Positions 55,814-64,000 of a DNA stretch of 64,000 bases are shown here, one piece after another. The stretch is from Candidatus Eiseniibacteriota bacterium. GTDB taxonomy: Bacteria > Eisenbacteria > RBG-16-71-46 > CAIMUX01 > VGJL01. Positions within the stretch are counted from its first letter, which is position 1, and every line of letters starts with the position of its first letter. The position numbers and the translations under genes are program-made. Where the stretch lies: assembly GCA_041946735.1 (NCBI GenBank), contig JBHGAY010000009.1, positions 32,001 to 96,000 on the forward strand. The letters are read 5' to 3'. Under the pieces are notes generated by a model. The model saw only the letters and a list, made by a program, of their open reading frames with translations, made no database searches and was not told the origin of the DNA.

Positions 55814-57612
55814 GCGGCGAGAACCGCAACATCGTGTGGGCGGAGCGCCTGCTCGGCGTCCTCCGGAGCGTCTTCTCCGTCCGCTACCTCGTCATGAGCC
55901 CCGGCTCCCGGTCCTCGCCTGTCGTCTGCGCCGCCGCCGAGCCGAGGAGCGGCATCGAGATCCTGATCCAGATCGACGAGCGGTCGGCCGCCTACTTCGC
56001 GCTCGGGCTGGCGAAAGCGACGCAGGCTCCGGTGGCGGCGCTCTGCACTTCCGGCACCGCTGCGGCCAACTTCCATCCCGCGGTCGTCGAGGCCTCGCAC
56101 GCCGGCATCCCCCTGCTGCTGCTGACCGCCGACCGCCCGCCGGAAGAACGCGGAATCGGATCCCCGCAGACGATCGATCAGATCCGTCTCTTCGGCTCCG
56201 CGGTGCGCGACTTCGTCGAGCTGCCGCTCCCGGACGACTCGCCCGGCCGGATCGAACGGATGGAGACGCTCGTCGCCCGCGCCGCGCTCGCGTCGCTCGA
56301 GCCGGTCCCGGGGCCCGTGCAGATCAACGTCCCGTTCCGCGAGCCTCTCGCCCCGGTCCCCGTCCCGCCCGGGGATGGCGCGATCGCCGACCTGTCGGCC
56401 GTGTCCGGCGCTCGCCCTCGCCGGCTGCGCCTGCCCGTCGCGGTGCCGCGCGTCGTCCCTTCCCCCGATCGATCGCGGATCGAGTGGGCGGCCGGACGCG
56501 TCGCGCATGCCGAGCGCGGTCTGATCCTCGCCGGCCCGGACTCGGTGCGCAGCAGCGAGGACCGGTTCGCCTTGCTCCGCCTCGCGCGCCTGACGTGCTT
56601 CCCGGTCCTCGCGGACGTGGCGTCGGGTATTCGCTTCCCCGCCCCGTTCGAGGACACGATGGCCGGTCCGGGGGCACTCCTCTGCTCGCGCGCCGACGCG
56701 TTCCTTCGCGCGCCCGCGCTGCGCCGCGGCCCGGCGCCGGACCTCGTCCTCTGGTGGGGAGAGCTTCCGACGTCGAAGGCGATCCGGGAATACCTCGTCG
56801 CCAGCCGGCCGGAGGTGCTTCGCATCCAGCGCGACGCGCGCGTGTGCGATCCCGACGGCACCGTCACCGGCTCGCTGCTCGGCGATACGGCCGAGACCGC
56901 TTCGCTGCTCGCCGACTTGATGCCGCAGCAACGGGCGCCGGATCGATGGCGGGAGCGCTTCCTGCGAGCCGAGCGCGCCGCCGGATCGGTCGAGCGGGAA
57001 GTCGGAGAGGCGGACGCCGTCCGACTCGCTCTCGCCGCCTGCCCGGCCGGAGCCGCCGTCGTCCTCTCCAACAGCATGCCGGTGCGGTGGGCCGAGACCT
57101 ATGCGGCGGCCGGCAAGTATCTGCGAGTCTTCGTGCAGCGAGGCGCCAACGGTATCGACGGGATCGTCTCGACCGCATTCGGGATCGCGCGAGGGACGGC
57201 CGCGCCGCTTCTCCTCGTCACCGGCGACCTCGCCTTCCTTCACGATCTCGGAGGGCTGCGCCTCGCCCGTTACGCGCGAGCGCCGGTCGCGATCCTCTTG
57301 CTCGACAACGAAGGCGGCGGCATCTTCGCGCACCTGCCGATCGCGCAGTTTGCCGAACTCGACCCGTACTTCCGCACCCCGCACGGCTGCGATCTCGCCG
57401 CGGCGGCGGAGGTCTTCGGCTTGCGTCGCGTGGCGCTCGATTCGCCGCGATCGACGCCCGAGGCGGTCGATCTCGCGCTCTCCCAACAGACCGGCGGGAC
57501 GATGCTTCTCCATCTGAAGACCGACGCGGCGGAAGCGGCGAAGCAGCATCGAGAGCGGATGGAGCGGGTCGCACAGGCGGTCGGCAGCGAGCTTCCGGCG
57601 ACGAGGGACTGA
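55810..57612 (+). CDS. menD: SEPHCHC synthase
   Basis: SPGSRS, DERSAAYFALG, TSGTAAAN, TADRP, QTIDQ, RGANGIDG, GDLAFLHD and GGGIF. Confidence 0.95.
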   Translation: MSGENRNIVWAERLLGVLRSVFSVRYLVMSPGSRSSPVVCAAAEPRSGIEILIQIDERSAAYFALGLAKATQAPVAALCTSGTAAANFHPAVVEASHAGIPLLLLTADRPPEERGIGSPQTIDQIRLFGSAVRDFVELPLPDDSPGRIERMETLVARAALASLEPVPGPVQINVPFREPLAPVPVPPGDGAIADLSAVSGARPRRLRLPVAVPRVVPSPDRSRIEWAAGRVAHAERGLILAGPDSVRSSEDRFALLRLARLTCFPVLADVASGIRFPAPFEDTMAGPGALLCSRADAFLRAPALRRGPAPDLVLWWGELPTSKAIREYLVASRPEVLRIQRDARVCDPDGTVTGSLLGDTAETASLLADLMPQQRAPDRWRERFLRAERAAGSVEREVGEADAVRLALAACPAGAAVVLSNSMPVRWAETYAAAGKYLRVFVQRGANGIDGIVSTAFGIARGTAAPLLLVTGDLAFLHDLGGLRLARYARAPVAILLLDNEGGGIFAHLPIAQFAELDPYFRTPHGCDLAAAAEVFGLRRVALDSPRSTPEAVDLALSQQTGGTMLLHLKTDAAEAAKQHRERMERVAQAVGSELPATRD

Positions 57613-57616
57613 CCGG

Positions 57617-58552
57617 ATGTCGCGGATCCGCGTCTCGGGTGGGTTGCTCCTGCGCGTGCGCGAGAGCGGCGATCCAGGAAGCGGGGCGAACGCGCCGCCC
57701 GGGCCCGTCGCGGGAGAGGCCGACGCCGCCACACGACGAGAGGAGGAGCCGGGGCCGCCGCCGGCGCTCCTTCTTCACGGCTTCGCGGCGACCGGCGCGT
57801 TCTGGGAGCCGATCGCGCGCGATCTCGACCGCCGCTGCCTGATGCCCGATCTCCCCGGGCACGGGGCGAGCGATGCGCCCGTCCCCTCGGGCTCGTGGCC
57901 GCTCACGCGCGCGGCGGACGCGCTCGCGAGCCTCCTCGACCGCCTCTCGATCGAGCGCGCGGACGTCGTCGCGTACTCGATGGGGGCACGCCTCGCCCTG
58001 CACCTGCTGCTCGGTCACGGCGACCGCGTCCGCCGCGCCGTCCTGATCGGCGCGTCTCCCGGAATCGCGGGCGCGCGTGAACGGCGCGAGAGGATCGAGA
58101 GCGACACGGCCCTCGCCCGCCTGCTCGAGGAGGAAGGGATCGAGGCGTTCCTGAAGATCTGGGAGGCCAAGCCCCTCTTCGCGAGCGAGGCGAGATTGGA
58201 GCGTGAGCGGCGGGACTGGATGCGCGGGTTGCGCCGCGCGAGCGATCCGCGCGGGCTGGCCGCGGCGCTGCTCGCCTTCGGCACCGGCGCCCAGGAGCCG
58301 CTGCACGAGCGGCTCCGAGAGATCCGCGCCGAGACGCTTCTGGTCGCGGGCGGCGAGGACGCAAAGTTCCGCGCCCTGGCGAGCGAGATGGCCGGAGCGA
58401 TGACGTGCGCCAGGGCGGCGATCGTCCCCGGCGCGGGCCACAACGTCCCGCTGGAGGCGCCTCGCGCGACCGTGGCGCTGTTGCGCCGCTTCCTGGCCGA
58501 GGGGCCACCTCCGCTGGACGGCGGCGGCGGCGGCTCCGCCTCGATCGCCTGA
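57617..58552 (+). CDS. menH: SHCHC synthase (alpha/beta hydrolase)
   Basis: [22 protein letters not shown] and AGHN; position in the operon. Confidence 0.9.
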   Translation: MSRIRVSGGLLLRVRESGDPGSGANAPPGPVAGEADAATRREEEPGPPPALLLHGFAATGAFWEPIARDLDRRCLMPDLPGHGASDAPVPSGSWPLTRAADALASLLDRLSIERADVVAYSMGARLALHLLLGHGDRVRRAVLIGASPGIAGARERRERIESDTALARLLEEEGIEAFLKIWEAKPLFASEARLERERRDWMRGLRRASDPRGLAAALLAFGTGAQEPLHERLREIRAETLLVAGGEDAKFRALASEMAGAMTCARAAIVPGAGHNVPLEAPRATVALLRRFLAEGPPPLDGGGGGSASIA

Positions 58553-58578
58553 GGCCGGCAACCAAGGAGGAAGATCCG

Positions 58579-59415
58579 TTGCACGAGAACGAGGGCGGAG
58601 CGATCCGCTGGCAGAAGGCTCTCGAGTTCGAGGACATCCGCTACGAGAAGGCCGAAGGGATCGCGAAGATCACGATCGCGCGGCCCGAGGTGCGCAACGC
58701 TTTCCGGCCGCAGACCCTCTTCGAGCTGGAGCGCGCGTTCACCGACGTGCGCGAGGATCCGGCGATCGGCGTCGCGATCCTGACCGGCGAAGGGAAGGAA
58801 GCGTTCTGCTCGGGGGGCGATCAGCGGGTGCGCGGCGAGGCGGGCTACGTCGGCTCCGACGGAGTCCCCCGTCTGAACGTCCTCGACTTGCAGAAGCAGA
58901 TCCGCTCGCTGCCGAAGCCGGTGATCGCGATGGTCGCCGGCTACGCGATCGGCGGCGGTCACGTGCTGCACGTCGTCTGCGATCTGACGATCGCGGCGGA
59001 GAACGCCCGCTTCGGGCAGACCGGGCCGAGGGTCGGAAGCTTCGACGGCGGCTTCGGGGCGAGCATCCTCGCCGATCTCGTCGGTCCCAAGAGGGCGAAG
59101 GAGGTCTGGTTCCTCTGCCGGCAGTACGACGCGCGCGAGGCGCTTGCGATGGGGCTCGTCAACGCGGTTGTGCCGCTCGATCAGCTCGAGAGCGAGACCG
59201 TGCGGTGGTGCCGCGACATCCTGCGGCACTCGCCGCTCGCTCTCCGGTGCTTGAAGTCGGCGTTCAACGCCCGCACGGACGGCGAGGCCGGGCTGCAGGA
59301 GCTTGCCGGCAACGCGACGCTGCTCTACTACATGACCGAGGAGGCGCAGGAGGGGCGCAACGCGTATCTCGAGAAGCGCCGCCCCGATTTCTCGCGCTTC
59401 CCGCGGCTTCCCTGA
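58579..59415 (+). CDS. menB: 1,4-dihydroxy-2-naphthoyl-CoA synthase
   Basis: [33 protein letters not shown] and EAQEGR; TTG start with AAGGAGG RBS. Confidence 0.97.
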   Translation: MHENEGGAIRWQKALEFEDIRYEKAEGIAKITIARPEVRNAFRPQTLFELERAFTDVREDPAIGVAILTGEGKEAFCSGGDQRVRGEAGYVGSDGVPRLNVLDLQKQIRSLPKPVIAMVAGYAIGGGHVLHVVCDLTIAAENARFGQTGPRVGSFDGGFGASILADLVGPKRAKEVWFLCRQYDAREALAMGLVNAVVPLDQLESETVRWCRDILRHSPLALRCLKSAFNARTDGEAGLQELAGNATLLYYMTEEAQEGRNAYLEKRRPDFSRFPRLP

Positions 59416-59471
59416 GTGTCCGCGGGCTCGAGGCGGGGAAGCTGGAGGATGGGGAAACGAGAGGAACGAAC

Positions 59472-60380
59472 GTGACTCCCGCGACGACGGTCCGACCGCC
59501 GCAACGCCGGCTGCCCGCGAGCCCGCTCGCGCTCTGGTGGACGGCGGCGCGGCCGCGCACTCTACCGGCCGCGATCGCGCCGGTGATCGTCGGGACGGCG
59601 ATCGCCGCCGCCGCCCACGCGTTCCGGCCGCTCGTCGCGCTTGCCGCTCTTCTCGGCGCCGTCTGGATCCAGATCGGGACGAACTTCGCCAATGACTACT
59701 TCGACTGGAAGCACGGCGCCGATGCCGCGCGCCAGGGACCGCTACGGGTGACGCAGGCCGGGCTCGTCACCGGACGGCAGATGCGTGTCGCGATCGCGAT
59801 CGCCTTCGCCGCCGCCACCGCCTGCGGCGTCTCGCTCGTGGCGGCGGCCGGATGGCCGGTCGTGGCCATCGGAGTCCTCTCGATCCTCGCCGGGCTCGCC
59901 TACACCGGAGGCCCGTGGCCGCTGGGCTACCACGGGCTCGGGGAGCTCTTCGTCCTCCTCTTCTTCGGCGTCGTCGCCGTCTGCGGCACCTACTACGTGC
60001 AGGCCCGCGCCGTGACCCCGCTCGCGCTGGCGCTCTCGATCCCGGTCGGGCTCCTCTCGGTCGCGATCCTCGTCGTGAACAACCTCCGGGACGAAGCGAG
60101 CGATCGCGCCTCCGGAAAGCGCACGCTGGTCGTGCGCCATGGCGGCCGCTTCGGCCGCGCCGAGTGGTTCGCCGCTGTCGGCGTCGCCTTCGCGGTCCCG
60201 CTGCTGCTGGTCGCGACGCGCCGGCTCGAGCCGCCGGCGCTTTTCGTCCTCGGCGCTCTCGCCCTCGTCCCCTCGCTCGCGCGCACCGTCTCCGGTCCCC
60301 GCCCGGGCCCCGCGCTCGCCGGCACCTCGCGCCTGCTCCTCGTCTACGCCTTCCTGCTCTCGGCCGGGCTCCTGCTGTGA
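59472..60380 (+). CDS. menA: 1,4-dihydroxy-2-naphthoate polyprenyltransferase
   Basis: [22 protein letters not shown] and NNLRD..D..GKRTL. Confidence 0.94.
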   Translation: MTPATTVRPPQRRLPASPLALWWTAARPRTLPAAIAPVIVGTAIAAAAHAFRPLVALAALLGAVWIQIGTNFANDYFDWKHGADAARQGPLRVTQAGLVTGRQMRVAIAIAFAAATACGVSLVAAAGWPVVAIGVLSILAGLAYTGGPWPLGYHGLGELFVLLFFGVVAVCGTYYVQARAVTPLALALSIPVGLLSVAILVVNNLRDEASDRASGKRTLVVRHGGRFGRAEWFAAVGVAFAVPLLLVATRRLEPPALFVLGALALVPSLARTVSGPRPGPALAGTSRLLLVYAFLLSAGLLL

Positions 60381-61492
60381 TCGTCGATCTCGCTCCCGTT
60401 CCGTATGTCCTGCGCCTGCGCGAGCCGGTCGTCACCGCGCGCGGCGCGTGGCAGGAGCGCCGCGGCTTCTGGGTGGTCCTCCTCGACGAGCAAGGCGGCC
60501 ACGGAATCGGGGAGGTGGCGCCGCTTCCGGGCTTCGGCACCGAGACGGAGGAGGAGGCGGCCGCCGCGCTCGATCGCCTGCGCGGCGAACGCAGAGCGGA
60601 TCCGCATCCGCAGAAGATCGAGAAGACGCTCGAGTCCTGGGACGTCACGCGAGAGCGGACGCCGGCGCTGTGCGCGGGGCTCGAGCTGGCGCTGCTCGAC
60701 TGGGCGGGACGATGCGCGGGGTTGCCGATCGCCGAGATCCTCGCCACCGCCCCGTGCCGCGAGGTGCCGGTCAACGCGCTCCTCGCCTCCGGCGATCCCG
60801 GCGCGCTCGCGAGCGCGGCGGCCGCGGCGATCGCGGCAGGCTACGGCACGCTGAAGGTCAAGGTGGGGGGACGTGCGATCGAGGAAGACGTCCGCAGGCT
60901 CGAAGCGGTGCGGCGCGCGGCCGGCGGCGCCGTGTCGGCGCGGCTGCGCGCCGACGCGAACGGCTCCTGGTCGGTCGACGAGGCGCGCGCGGCCTGCCAC
61001 CGGCTCGCCGGACTCGATCTCGAATACATCGAGGACCCCGTCGCCACGGCGGAGGATCTCGATGCGCTGCGCGCTGGCTGGGCGGGCGGGCAGCCGCCGG
61101 TGCCGATCGCTGCTGACGCGCTCGCCTCGACTCCCGGCCGCGCTCGCGCGCTGCTCCGGTCGCACGCGATCGACGTGCTCGTACTCAAGCCGGCCGTCCT
61201 CGGAGGGATCCGCCTCGCCGAGCGCCTCGCGCTCGACGCGATCGCGGCCGGCCTGCGGGTCGTCGTCACCTCCGCGCTCGACAGCGCCGTCGGGACCGCA
61301 GGAGCGTTGCACCTCGCCTGCGCGCTTCCGCCTTCCTCCGACACGGAGCGGCCGGTCGCGCACGGGCTCGCCACCGCCGGCCTCTTCGAAGAGATGCCGG
61401 CGGAAGGGCTGCCGGCGCCGGCCGATGGACGCATGCGACTTCCGGACGGCGCGGGCCACGGCGTGCGGCTGCCGTTCGCCTTCCCCTGGTGA
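60377..61492 (+). CDS. menC: o-succinylbenzoate synthase
   Basis: GEVAPLPGF, KVKVG, DANG, IEDP and LKP; position in the operon. Confidence 0.9.
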   Translation: MIVDLAPVPYVLRLREPVVTARGAWQERRGFWVVLLDEQGGHGIGEVAPLPGFGTETEEEAAAALDRLRGERRADPHPQKIEKTLESWDVTRERTPALCAGLELALLDWAGRCAGLPIAEILATAPCREVPVNALLASGDPGALASAAAAAIAAGYGTLKVKVGGRAIEEDVRRLEAVRRAAGGAVSARLRADANGSWSVDEARAACHRLAGLDLEYIEDPVATAEDLDALRAGWAGGQPPVPIAADALASTPGRARALLRSHAIDVLVLKPAVLGGIRLAERLALDAIAAGLRVVVTSALDSAVGTAGALHLACALPPSSDTERPVAHGLATAGLFEEMPAEGLPAPADGRMRLPDGAGHGVRLPFAFPW

Positions 61493-61511
61493 GGAGCGAC
61501 GGGAGGACCGG

Positions 61512-63056
61512 ATGCCGCCGAGCTTCCAGCGACCATCGAGCCTGACCGTCTCCCCCCTCGCCCGCGCGGCCCGCCGGTGGCCGGACGCGCCGGGCCTCCT
61601 CTGGAAGGATCTCTCCTTCGACTACCGCGCGATGGAGCAGGAGACGCGGCGCGCCGCCTCGGCGCTCCTCTCCCGCGGTATCGCACCGGGAGACCGCATC
61701 GCGATCGACGCGCCGCCGGGTCCCGCTTGGGTGGCCCTGCTGCACGCGGCGCCTCGCGTCGGGGCGATCCTCGTCCCGCTGAACTCGCGCCTGCACCCAC
61801 GGGAGCAAGCCGAGCAGATCGAGCGGATCGAGCCGCGGTGGACGCTGCGCGGCGCGGACGGATTGCGGGACTTCCTCGACGGCGCGCCGGAGCCCGACAC
61901 GGTCGCGCCCGACACGATTGCCACCGATCAGACGGCGCTCCTGCTCTTCACTTCGGGGACGACCGGACGTCCGAAGATCGTGCCGCTCACAGCCGGCAAC
62001 CTGCTCGCGAGCGCGCTCGCGTCGAACGCCGCCCTCCGGCTCCGCCCGCGCGACCGCTGGCTCGCCTGCCTGCCGCTCTTCCACGTCGGCGGGATCGGCA
62101 TCCTGTGGCGGTGCGCCCTCGCGGGAGCGTCCGTCCTCCTGCTTGAGCGATTCGACGCCGCCGGCGCCGAGAAGGCGTTCGAGAGCGGCGGGGCGACGAT
62201 CGCCTCCTTCGTCCCGGTGATGCTCGATCGCCTGCTCCAGCGTCGCGTGGGCGAGCCGCTCCCGCCGTCCGTCCGGGCGATCGTCGTCGGAGGCGGACCG
62301 GCGCGCCGCGCCTCGCTCGACGCCTGCCCGGCCGTCTTGGCGAGCTATGGCGCGACGGAGACCTCCTCGCAGGTCACCCTCGCGCGCGGCGAGCCGCGGC
62401 TGCCTGGCGCCGGCCGGCCGCTCCCGCGCGCGCGACTGCGGATCGTGGGGCCCGACGGCGCCACCCTCCCCGCCGAGCAGGTCGGCTGGATCGAGGTTCG
62501 AGGACCGATGGTGATGCGAGGCTATCTCGATGACACAGAGCCGGACGCCGCGGCGAAAGCGGCGGGCAAAGGCGCGGCGGAAACGGCGGGCGGCGCCGAT
62601 ACGCAAGCGGCGGGGCAGGGCGTGGCGATGACGAGCGGTTGGTTCCGCACCGGCGACCTCGGGTGCCTCGACGCGGCCGGCTGCCTGCACGTTCGAGGCC
62701 GCCGCGAGGATCTCATCGTCACCGGAGGCGAGAACGTCTATCCCGCGGAGGTGGAGGGCGCCCTCGCCGAGGATCCGAGCGTGGCCGACGTCCTTGTGAT
62801 CGGGATCGACGATCCTTCGTGGGGGGAGGTCCCGGCCGCCCTGCTCGTGCTCTCCCGCTCCGCGCCGGACGGTCCGCGCGAGGTGCTCGCGCGCCTGGAG
62901 AGCCGGCTCGGCCGCTACAAGATCCCGCGACGCTATCGGGTCGTGGAGACCATCCCCCGCCTCGCGAACGGCAAGCCGGATCGCGTCACGGCCCGCGCCT
63001 GGCTGACAGCCGAAAGCTGGCTGACAGCCGAAAGCTGGCCGACAGCCGAAAGCTGA
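61512..63056 (+). CDS. menE: o-succinylbenzoate-CoA ligase
   Basis: FTSGTTGRPK, LPLFHVGG, SYGATET, FRTGDLG and GGENVYP. Confidence 0.92.
   Translation: MPPSFQRPSSLTVSPLARAARRWPDAPGLLWKDLSFDYRAMEQETRRAASALLSRGIAPGDRIAIDAPPGPAWVALLHAAPRVGAILVPLNSRLHPREQAEQIERIEPRWTLRGADGLRDFLDGAPEPDTVAPDTIATDQTALLLFTSGTTGRPKIVPLTAGNLLASALASNAALRLRPRDRWLACLPLFHVGGIGILWRCALAGASVLLLERFDAAGAEKAFESGGATIASFVPVMLDRLLQRRVGEPLPPSVRAIVVGGGPARRASLDACPAVLASYGATETSSQVTLARGEPRLPGAGRPLPRARLRIVGPDGATLPAEQVGWIEVRGPMVMRGYLDDTEPDAAAKAAGKGAAETAGGADTQAAGQGVAMTSGWFRTGDLGCLDAAGCLHVRGRREDLIVTGGENVYPAEVEGALAEDPSVADVLVIGIDDPSWGEVPAALLVLSRSAPDGPREVLARLESRLGRYKIPRRYRVVETIPRLANGKPDRVTARAWLTAESWLTAESWPTAES
63000..63053 (+). repeat. 18-bp tandem repeat x3 at the menE 3' end
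   Basis: TGGCTGACAGCCGAAAGC x2 plus TGGCCGACAGCCGAAAGC, encoding W(L/P)TAES x3, then TGA. Confidence 0.9.
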
Positions 63057-63143
63057 TCGCGATGCCCTCGGTGCGTGCCGCCGTCAGGCATGTCGCCGCC
63101 GCGATGCCGCCGCCGCGCGCGCAGGCGCGCCGCGCCGAGCGGC

Positions 63144-63581
63144 TCACGTCGCCGGCGGGAGCGCCTCCTCCAGCGCCTTCCGGAGCGGAATCGGCAGCTC
63201 GCGCGGGCGCCCGGTCGAGGGATCGATGCAGACGTGCACCGTCCTCACGGTCGCGCGCAGCCTCTCCTCCTCCGGCGCCTCGGAGCCGGCGAGCGCGATC
63301 CGCACGGCGATCGTGTAGGACGTCCTGCCGATCGCGACCGGGACGAGGGACAGCGCCAGCTCGTCCCCCACCCGCATCGGCGCACGGAAGTCCGCCTCGG
63401 CATGCGCCAGCGGGAGCGCATAGCCGCGGTCCTCGATCGGGAGGTCCAGCGGCAGCCCGATCGACCGCAGCCAGGCTTCGTAGGCGTCGTGGGCATAGCG
63501 AAAGACGCGCGCGAAGAAGACGATCCCGGCCGGATCGGCCTCATGGAAGCGCACGCGGGTGTGGTCGAGGAACTCTGCCAT
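63144..63581 (-). CDS. Hotdog thioesterase, probable DHNA-CoA hydrolase
   Basis: RVRFHEADPAGIVFF..AHDAYE and PLAHAEADF; convergent on the men operon. Confidence 0.8.
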   Translation of the reverse strand: MAEFLDHTRVRFHEADPAGIVFFARVFRYAHDAYEAWLRSIGLPLDLPIEDRGYALPLAHAEADFRAPMRVGDELALSLVPVAIGRTSYTIAVRIALAGSEAPEEERLRATVRTVHVCIDPSTGRPRELPIPLRKALEEALPPAT

Positions 63582-63681
63582 CGCGAGGAAGGCTAGTCGA
63601 TCCGCCTCCGGCTAGAAAGACCGGCGCCGGCACAACCGTGCCGGCGCGCCCGGACCTGCCACCCGCGCCCCTCGCCGCCGC

Positions 63682-64000
63682 TCAGACCGTGAACGAGCTG
63701 CCGCAGCCGCAGCTTCCGGTGGCGTTCGGGTTTTCGAAGACGAAGCCCCGGCCGTTCAAGCCGCTCGAGTAGTCGAGGGTCGTCCCCTTCAGGACCGTCT
63801 CGCTCTTCGGATCGAGGAGAAAACGCACCCCTTCCTTCTCGATGACGCGGTCGCCTTCGCGCGCCTCGCTCTCGAACTGCAGGACGTAGGAGTAGCCCGA
63901 GCAGCCGCCCGCCTTGACGCCCACGCGCAGGTAGGTTTCCTCCGGAAGGTTCTCGGAGCGGATCGCGTCCTTGACCGCGCTGAGCGCGGAGTCGGTGATC
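63682..64000 (-). CDS. HesB/IscA-family Fe-S cluster assembly protein (5' end beyond the window)
   Basis: ITDSALSAV..LRVGVKAGGCSGYSY..F.FENPNATGSCGCGSSF; the frame stays open to the right edge. Confidence 0.93.
   Translation of the reverse strand, partial: ITDSALSAVKDAIRSENLPEETYLRVGVKAGGCSGYSYVLQFESEAREGDRVIEKEGVRFLLDPKSETVLKGTTLDYSSGLNGRGFVFENPNATGSCGCGSSFTV

Noticed and set aside
54271..57732. 1153-aa minus-strand ORF
   Set aside because: Antisense to menF/menD, low complexity, and typical of high-GC shadow ORFs

Overview
High-GC, gene-dense chromosomal window from a diderm bacterium. A C-terminal TWGxIKxLY motif and the gene content hint at an FCB-type candidate phylum such as Eisenbacteria or Latescibacteria; this is inference. 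The centrepiece is a minus-strand cluster (8.6-20.8 kb) built around a hexaheme OmcS-type cytochrome-nanowire subunit. It also encodes an NHL beta-propeller, an outer-membrane beta-barrel, two PelC/CsgG-like proteins, a double-parvulin foldase, and 26-, 16- and 7-heme cytochromes. Directly upstream, on the same strand, is an operon with a putative sigma54 promoter: two non-lipoylatable GcvH-like proteins, a HybA/HybB-like quinol-interacting module with no catalytic subunit, a heme-c sensor kinase, an NtrC-type regulator and an archaemetzincin. The rest of the window holds a >1700-aa dikinase-like ORF missed by the ORF track, a fused 2-oxoacid dehydrogenase E1, glk, queE/queC, a MutT-flavoreductase fusion, degP, rpoZ, an archaeal-type GAPDH homolog, treZ plus a debranching enzyme, a PTPS-folE-SDR pterin operon, and the classical menaquinone operon (menFDHBACE plus a thioesterase). 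I recognised no rRNA, tRNA, CRISPR array or mobile element. Starts were refined by eye, and all family calls come from motif recognition, not database searches.
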